This document shows, piece after piece, positions 10,206 through 14,617 of a stretch of 14,617 nucleotides of DNA. The stretch lies in assembly GCA_031370645.1 (NCBI GenBank), contig JANMQV010000177.1, forward strand, positions 1 through 14,617, given 5' to 3'. Every line of letters begins with the position of its first letter. The stretch's first letter is position 1. The DNA is from Candidatus Eiseniibacteriota bacterium (GTDB lineage: Bacteria > Eisenbacteria > RBG-16-71-46 > SZUA-252). The position numbers and the translations under genes were made by a program. Below the pieces are notes generated by a model, which saw only the letters and a program-made list of their open reading frames with translations, had not been told where the DNA came from and ran no database searches.

Positions 10206-10387
10206 CCCGGAGGGGGGGACCTCCAACGAGCCCGCAGGTCCAGACAGCGTTGGGCCATGAGTTAGCGGCCAGAAAAGGCACCGGCCCTTTTCGAAGACGC
10301 GTAACTCGACAGGAGCTGTCAGGGCCGGGGCTCAATTTTTAAGAGATGACGGCGGCATTCCGAAAGGGGTGCCGCCGTTTCTTTCTT
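10206..10387 (+). ncRNA. Candidate sigma-54-dependent structured small RNA (about 180 nt), family unrecognised
   Basis: Bounded by the -24/-12 promoter and a strong terminator. It contains several nested complementary segments, and no RBS-led ORF of appreciable length starts within the predicted transcript. Confidence 0.6.
10349..10387 (+). terminator. Intrinsic terminator ending the candidate sRNA
   Basis: ACGGCGGCATTCC-GAAA-GGGGTGCCGCCGT (13 bp with 2 G-U pairs, GNRA loop) followed by TTCTTTCTT. Confidence 0.85.
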
Positions 10388-10565
10388 GGTGCACGGCCCG
10401 CCAGCGGGCTCGGCAGCACGCTTGGTACCCTTGCCGAATCCTGTATCCGCGCCGTCACACTGTTCTCTGCGTCACACCCTTTCGTTTATTCGCGCGAAAA
10501 TCCTAGACCCCTGTAAGACGCTGTATTGAAGCAAGTTGCCGCTGAATTCAGGCCCGCCCGCGAAG

Positions 10566-10581
10566 TGGCACGCGCGTTGCG
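10566..10581 (+). promoter_or_regulatory. Sigma-54 (-24/-12) promoter 2, upstream of the lipoprotein-DUF4384 operon
   Basis: TGGCACG-CGCG-TTGC matches the consensus TGGCACG-N4-TTGC. GAGGAGG RBS at 10621-10627 and ATG at 10637 lie downstream. Confidence 0.85.
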
Positions 10582-10636
10582 ATAGCCCTCCTATGTGAAG
10601 GACCCGAAGTTTTAACGTGCGAGGAGGGCAAAAGCC

Positions 10637-11416
10637 ATGAACGGTGCCATGAAAGCGACGCTTACCGGACTTGCCATGCTGGCGCTTCTCGGCGCCACGG
10701 GCTGCAACGACCACAACGACCGCGTGATCGCGGTCGACGCGATCCCATTCACGGTGGACGGGGTCTATAGCGTCACCGGAGACCTTGAAGTCACGATCTA
10801 CTGGCGCGCGAATCAGGAAAGCGACATCGACCATTACAAGGTCTACCGGAACGGTGCCGCGGCCGGCACCTTCACGCTGATCGGGACCTCGAACGGCACG
10901 AGCTACGTGGACGCGAGCGTCGTGAACGGAACCACGTACTTCTATGCAGTCGCGGCCGTCGACGACGCCGGGCAGGAGAGCTCGGCGCTTTCGTATGAGA
11001 ACGTCTTCGACACGCCGCGCCCTGCGGGGATCGACGCCGTGCTGACGAACGCCTCCACGAACACCGCGAACGCCGGATGGGATTTTTCCGGCTTCTCGAA
11101 TCGCACCCTGCTCGACGCGCGGACCGACATCTGGTACGACGTCCAGGGCGCGAGCTTCCTGATCCTCGTGCCGACCGACACCAAGATCCAGGACGCCGGC
11201 TACGTGGCGCTCCGCGACGTCGACTTCGCGCCCCCCTTGGGGTGGTCGACCGACGGCGTGGTGGAAGCGATCGTCGGACACTCCTACATCGTCTACACGC
11301 GCGACGGGCACTATGCGAAATTCGAGGTGATCGCCCGCGGATCGAGCACCTTGACGATGGACTGGGCCTATCAGATCGACCCGAACAATCCGGAGCTAGC
11401 GCGGAGGGTGCCATGA
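10637..11416 (+). CDS. Lipoprotein with a fibronectin type III domain and a C-terminal HmuY-like beta domain
   Basis: Signal ends in LLGATG-C (lipobox). FN3-like VTIYWRANQESDIDHYKVYR...SYVDASVVNGTTYFYAVAAVDDAGQES. The C-terminal GWDFS...YIVYTRDGHYAKFEV...MDWAYQ resembles HmuY-type motifs. Strong RBS. Confidence 0.8.
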   Translation: MNGAMKATLTGLAMLALLGATGCNDHNDRVIAVDAIPFTVDGVYSVTGDLEVTIYWRANQESDIDHYKVYRNGAAAGTFTLIGTSNGTSYVDASVVNGTTYFYAVAAVDDAGQESSALSYENVFDTPRPAGIDAVLTNASTNTANAGWDFSGFSNRTLLDARTDIWYDVQGASFLILVPTDTKIQDAGYVALRDVDFAPPLGWSTDGVVEAIVGHSYIVYTRDGHYAKFEVIARGSSTLTMDWAYQIDPNNPELARRVP

Positions 11417-12864
11417 CCCCTCGTATTCGACTTGCCCTGGCGGCGGCCCTCGTGGCCGCCGCCCCGGTGTTCGCCATGCTCGCCCCGCCGACCGCCTCCG
11501 CGGCGACTCAGGTCGCCCCGGGGCGCGGTCGTTTGTCGGTAGACGTCTGGATCAACAAGGAAGAGGGAGGGGTCTTCCACTCGGGCGAGAAGATGCAGGT
11601 CTACTTCCGCGCGAACCAGGACTCCTACGTGCTCCTCTATAACATCGACACCGAGGGATACATCCACCTGATCTATCCCTTCCGCCCCGGCGATCCGGTG
11701 CACGTTCAGGGGGGCGAGACCTACCGCGTCCCCTCGCGGCACGACCCCTACGACCTCGTGGCGGAAGGCCCCGAGGGCGTCGAGTACGTCGTCGCCTTGG
11801 CGAGCCCCGAACCGTTCCAAGACTTGCCGTGGTATCTGGCGCCCGGGCTCTCGGACGACGCGCGCGACCGGGGCGATGTCCAAGATCAGGGCGACAGCGA
11901 GGACGATCTGGAAGACGGCGTGATTGTCGGCGATCCGTTCGTGGGGATGGAGCGGCTCCATCGGCGGCTCGTGCCGCGCGGGCTGGAAGATCGAGTGGCG
12001 ACCGCTGACACTTATTTCTACATCGAGCGGCGCGTCGAATATCCGCGCTACGTCTGCGCCGACTGTCACCACCGGGCCTACTGGTTCGATCCCTACACCG
12101 ACCTCTGCAGCGTGATCGAGATTCGGATCGATGCCACCTGGGCCCGCTACGTGCCGCTTCGCGTCGGGTCGGCCCGGCCACGCTACTACTACCAGGTCCG
12201 CTCGGGCGCGCCCGACCGCTATCGGAACTGGAAGGAACGCTGGTCATCGCTCGACGGCAGCACGAACCTCCGGACGAAGTTCGTCCTCGAACGTGAAGTG
12301 CGCGATCGGCGACTGCGCGACGGATCGCAGCGGCGGCAGACGCCGCCCGAATTCAAGGATCTCCGCCGCTACCGTCCCGGCCGGTTCTGGAAAGGGCGCG
12401 ACGAGGTGATTCCGCTCCGCGAACGCCGCGAGCGGGTGCTCGAGAAGATTCGCGAGCGCCAGAACAATCGCCCGGGAACTCCGGGTACGCCGGGTACCGA
12501 GGGGCGCACGAGGCCGGGAACCGATGCCCGCGAGCGTCGCGACCGCGGAAGCCGCGATCAGAGTCAGCCGCCGGAGACGCGCGGCGAGGAGCGGCGCCGC
12601 CAGCCCGAACCGCGGCAGCGCTCGGAACCGCAGCAGCGCTCAGACCCGCGGCAGCGCTCGGAACCGCAGCAGCGCTCGGAGCCCCGTGAGCGCTCGGACC
12701 GGCGGGAGCAACCCGAAGTCCGCGAGCGCGAGGCGCCGAAGGAGAATCAGGACCAGCAGAAGGCCCGCGAGGACCGGAGCCGCTCCGAAGACCGTGGTCG
12801 CTCTGAGGACCGTGGTCGCTCCGAAGACCGCGGCCAGAGCGAAAATAGGGGGCGCGGGCGCTAG
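11413..12864 (+). CDS. Secreted DUF4384-domain protein with a CxxCH motif and a charged low-complexity C-terminal tail (483 aa)
   Basis: ATG 11413 overlaps the upstream stop (ATGA) and has a GGAGG RBS. Signal peptide MTPRIRLALAAALVAAAPVFA. DUF4384-like VDVWINKEEGGVFHSGEKMQVYFRANQDSYVLLYNIDTEGYIHLIYP...GPEGVEYVVALAS. CADCH at 12055-12069. Confidence 0.85.
   Translation: MTPRIRLALAAALVAAAPVFAMLAPPTASAATQVAPGRGRLSVDVWINKEEGGVFHSGEKMQVYFRANQDSYVLLYNIDTEGYIHLIYPFRPGDPVHVQGGETYRVPSRHDPYDLVAEGPEGVEYVVALASPEPFQDLPWYLAPGLSDDARDRGDVQDQGDSEDDLEDGVIVGDPFVGMERLHRRLVPRGLEDRVATADTYFYIERRVEYPRYVCADCHHRAYWFDPYTDLCSVIEIRIDATWARYVPLRVGSARPRYYYQVRSGAPDRYRNWKERWSSLDGSTNLRTKFVLEREVRDRRLRDGSQRRQTPPEFKDLRRYRPGRFWKGRDEVIPLRERRERVLEKIRERQNNRPGTPGTPGTEGRTRPGTDARERRDRGSRDQSQPPETRGEERRRQPEPRQRSEPQQRSDPRQRSEPQQRSEPRERSDRREQPEVREREAPKENQDQQKAREDRSRSEDRGRSEDRGRSEDRGQSENRGRGR
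12607..12696 (+). repeat. Five in-frame 18-bp tandem repeats encoding [E/D]P[R/Q][Q/E]RS
   Basis: gaaccgcggcagcgctcg / gaaccgcagcagcgctca / gacccgcggcagcgctcg / gaaccgcagcagcgctcg / gagccccgtgagcgctcg. Confidence 0.9.
12781..12852 (+). repeat. In-frame 18-bp tandem repeats encoding RSEDRG x3 plus a degenerate QSENRG
   Basis: cgctccgaagaccgtggt / cgctctgaggaccgtggt / cgctccgaagaccgcggc / cagagcgaaaataggggg. Confidence 0.9.
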
Positions 12865-12915
12865 ACGCCGGCCGTGGGGCCAGAGACGTGCTGCAAGGCC
12901 GGGCTCCTGCCGACA

Positions 12916-12945
12916 TTGACCGCATCGGGAGCGCGCGGATACACT
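12916..12945 (+). promoter_or_regulatory. Putative sigma-70 promoter of the M6 protease gene
   Basis: TTGACC (12916-12921), 18 bp spacer, TACACT (12940-12945), ending 6 nt before the in-frame GTG at 12952. Confidence 0.6.
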
Positions 12946-12951
12946 CTTAGA

Positions 12952-14617
12952 GTGCGATTCCGCGCGCTCCGCGTCGTTTCCCTGATCGATTCCACCGCCC
13001 GTCTTCGGGCCACCGCGATGATTCTCATCGCCGCGGCCCTTTTCGCGGCTTCCGCTCGCCCCGCTCTAGCGGCCGAGCCGGTGCCCCCTGTTCCCGGAAA
13101 GCAGGGGACGCTCGGCCCGCGCGAGGGATTCGCCGCCCCCCGGATTCCGGGCTTCGGACTCCCCAACGGGATCGACGGATCGCGCGCCCCGCTCGCGGCG
13201 CAGGTCACGCACAACGTGCTCGCCATTCGGGTCGCGTTCTCCGACACGCCGATCGACTCGAGCACGGCTTACTACGACCGCATCCTCTTCTTCATGAACC
13301 AATACTGGAGCCAGACGACGGGCGGCCTCCACGTGATCAGCGCGACCCTCGAGGATTCGGTCTTCACGCTCCCCCACACGATGGCCTACTACGGCGATGA
13401 CGATCGATTCCAGGAACGACTCGCCTTCATGGTGCGAGACCTCGTGGCGGTCGCCGATTCGACGGTCGATTTCAAGAACATGGAACTCATCATCTTTCAC
13501 GCCGGGCAGGGGCAGGAAGCGGACGTGCTCGACAACAGCCACGATCAGGTCTGGTCGGCATTCATCACGGCCGACGACTTCAAGCTGATCCTCCCCGATC
13601 CGAGCGGGCTCCCCGGCGTCGTCACCAACGATTTCGTGGCGCCCGGCGTGCCGTGGCGCGTGAAGGAAGCGACGGAACTCCCCGAATCCGAGTCGCAGGA
13701 CGGCTACTTCTTCGGCATGACCGGCGTCTCCTGCCACGAGTACGGACATCAGCTCGGACTCCCCGATCTCTACGACACGACGCCCGACGTGAACGGCAAT
13801 AACCAGGGCCTCGGCGGGTGGGACATCATGGCCGGCGGCGTTTGGAACGCGAACGGTTTCGTGCCGGCGAGCCCGAGCGCCTGGTCGCGCATGCGCCTCG
13901 GCGTCATTGCGCCGCAACGCGTGATGGCGGACGGCACTTTCCAACTCTCGCGCCTCGACCCGGCGGTTGCGCCCTATCCGCGCGCGATTCTCATTCCGCA
14001 GACCCAGAGCGAGTATCTCCTCCTGGAGAATCGTGACCAGGATCCGAATCGGAATGGATCGTTCGATTTCGACGACACGAACGGCGACGGCCTCTTCGAC
14101 TTCTATGACGACAGCTATCTGAACGCCGAATTCGACTTCTTCCTTCCGGGCGAGGGGACCGGCTCCGGCATCACGGTCTATCACGTGGACGACGCGAAGA
14201 TCGCGGCCACGTTGGCGGACAACGTGGTGAACGGCGACACGTCGCACAAGGGCGTCGACATCGTGGAGGCGGACGGCGTCCAGGACCTCGACGTGCCGCC
14301 GACCGAATTGACCGCCGGAAGCCCCAATGACGTCTTCCGGGGTGGCGGCCACGACGCGCTCACTCCCGACACGAATCCCTCCACCGAGGCGTACGGCGGC
14401 GTGCGAAGCGGAATCTCCATCACGGCGATCAGCGCGGCCGACAGCGTCATGGGCTTCACGGTCGGCGTCGCGCGGAATCGCCCCGGCTTCCCGAAAATCC
14501 TGAATACGCGGCTCATCGTCGGCGCGACGCTGGCCGTCGATCTCAACGGTGACGGCGTCATGGAGTTGCTCGTGCCGGCGCGCCGGACGAGCAATCCGGG
14601 CGAGCTCTATGTCTTCG
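12952..14617 (+). CDS. Secreted M6-family (immune inhibitor A-like) zinc metalloprotease with Ca-binding/FG-GAP-like repeats; runs off the right edge; absent from the ORF track
   Basis: Manual translation from GTG 12952 (or ATG 13018). Signal MILIAAALFAASARPALA; VLAIRVAFSD; IIFHAGQGQEAD...QVWS; zinc motif CHEYGHQLGLPDLYD (HEYGH 13735-13749); Met-turn GLGGWDIMAGGVWN; EYLLLENR; DDTNGDGLFDF; AVDLNGDGVMELLV. Confidence 0.9.
   Translation, partial: MRFRALRVVSLIDSTARLRATAMILIAAALFAASARPALAAEPVPPVPGKQGTLGPREGFAAPRIPGFGLPNGIDGSRAPLAAQVTHNVLAIRVAFSDTPIDSSTAYYDRILFFMNQYWSQTTGGLHVISATLEDSVFTLPHTMAYYGDDDRFQERLAFMVRDLVAVADSTVDFKNMELIIFHAGQGQEADVLDNSHDQVWSAFITADDFKLILPDPSGLPGVVTNDFVAPGVPWRVKEATELPESESQDGYFFGMTGVSCHEYGHQLGLPDLYDTTPDVNGNNQGLGGWDIMAGGVWNANGFVPASPSAWSRMRLGVIAPQRVMADGTFQLSRLDPAVAPYPRAILIPQTQSEYLLLENRDQDPNRNGSFDFDDTNGDGLFDFYDDSYLNAEFDFFLPGEGTGSGITVYHVDDAKIAATLADNVVNGDTSHKGVDIVEADGVQDLDVPPTELTAGSPNDVFRGGGHDALTPDTNPSTEAYGGVRSGISITAISAADSVMGFTVGVARNRPGFPKILNTRLIVGATLAVDLNGDGVMELLVPARRTSNPGELYVF

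Noticed and set aside
10202-10342. 46-codon ORF (MARRGGPPTS...LNF) spanning the candidate sRNA
   Set aside because: Its ATG lies just upstream of the predicted sigma-54 start (about 10206) and it has no clear SD. It cannot be fully excluded without TSS data.
10040-10550. IHF sites between the putative enhancer and the sigma-54 promoters
   Set aside because: Only partial matches to WATCAA-N4-TTR were found; the AT-richness is suggestive but no site can be called.
12607-12852. Tandem repeats as a possible CRISPR array
   Set aside because: The units are contiguous 18-bp repeats without spacers, in frame inside a CDS, and no cas genes are present.
12862-12954. The DUF4384 gene and the M6 protease are in the same frame, separated by a single TAG (possible read-through fusion)
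   Set aside because: The protease has its own promoter-like boxes and signal peptide, and in-frame adjacency is common by chance in GC-rich DNA.

Overview
GC-rich bacterial window. The gene content suggests a diderm, possibly an Eisenbacteria/Gemmatimonadota-like lineage, but that is inference only. Left part: a minus-strand operon of rlmN, an NtrY-like sensor kinase, an NtrX-like sigma-54 response regulator (with an in-frame TAA inside its HTH) and an Omp85/DUF5686-like beta-barrel, divergent from a short Ppx/GppA gene. The centre is the most interesting part. A sigma-70 promoter precedes a 105-aa secreted peptide-like ORF and a 1045-aa TPR-GAF-AAA+-HTH sigma-54 activator. These are followed by a terminator, AT-rich candidate enhancer sites and two correctly spaced -24/-12 promoters. 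One promoter drives an apparently non-coding, structured RNA of about 180 nt with its own terminator. The other drives an FN3/HmuY-like lipoprotein and a DUF4384 protein carrying a CxxCH motif. An M6 (InhA-like) metalloprotease begins at the right edge. The layout suggests an RRNPP-like peptide-sensing system wired to sigma-54 with an sRNA output; this is a hypothesis, not a demonstrated function.
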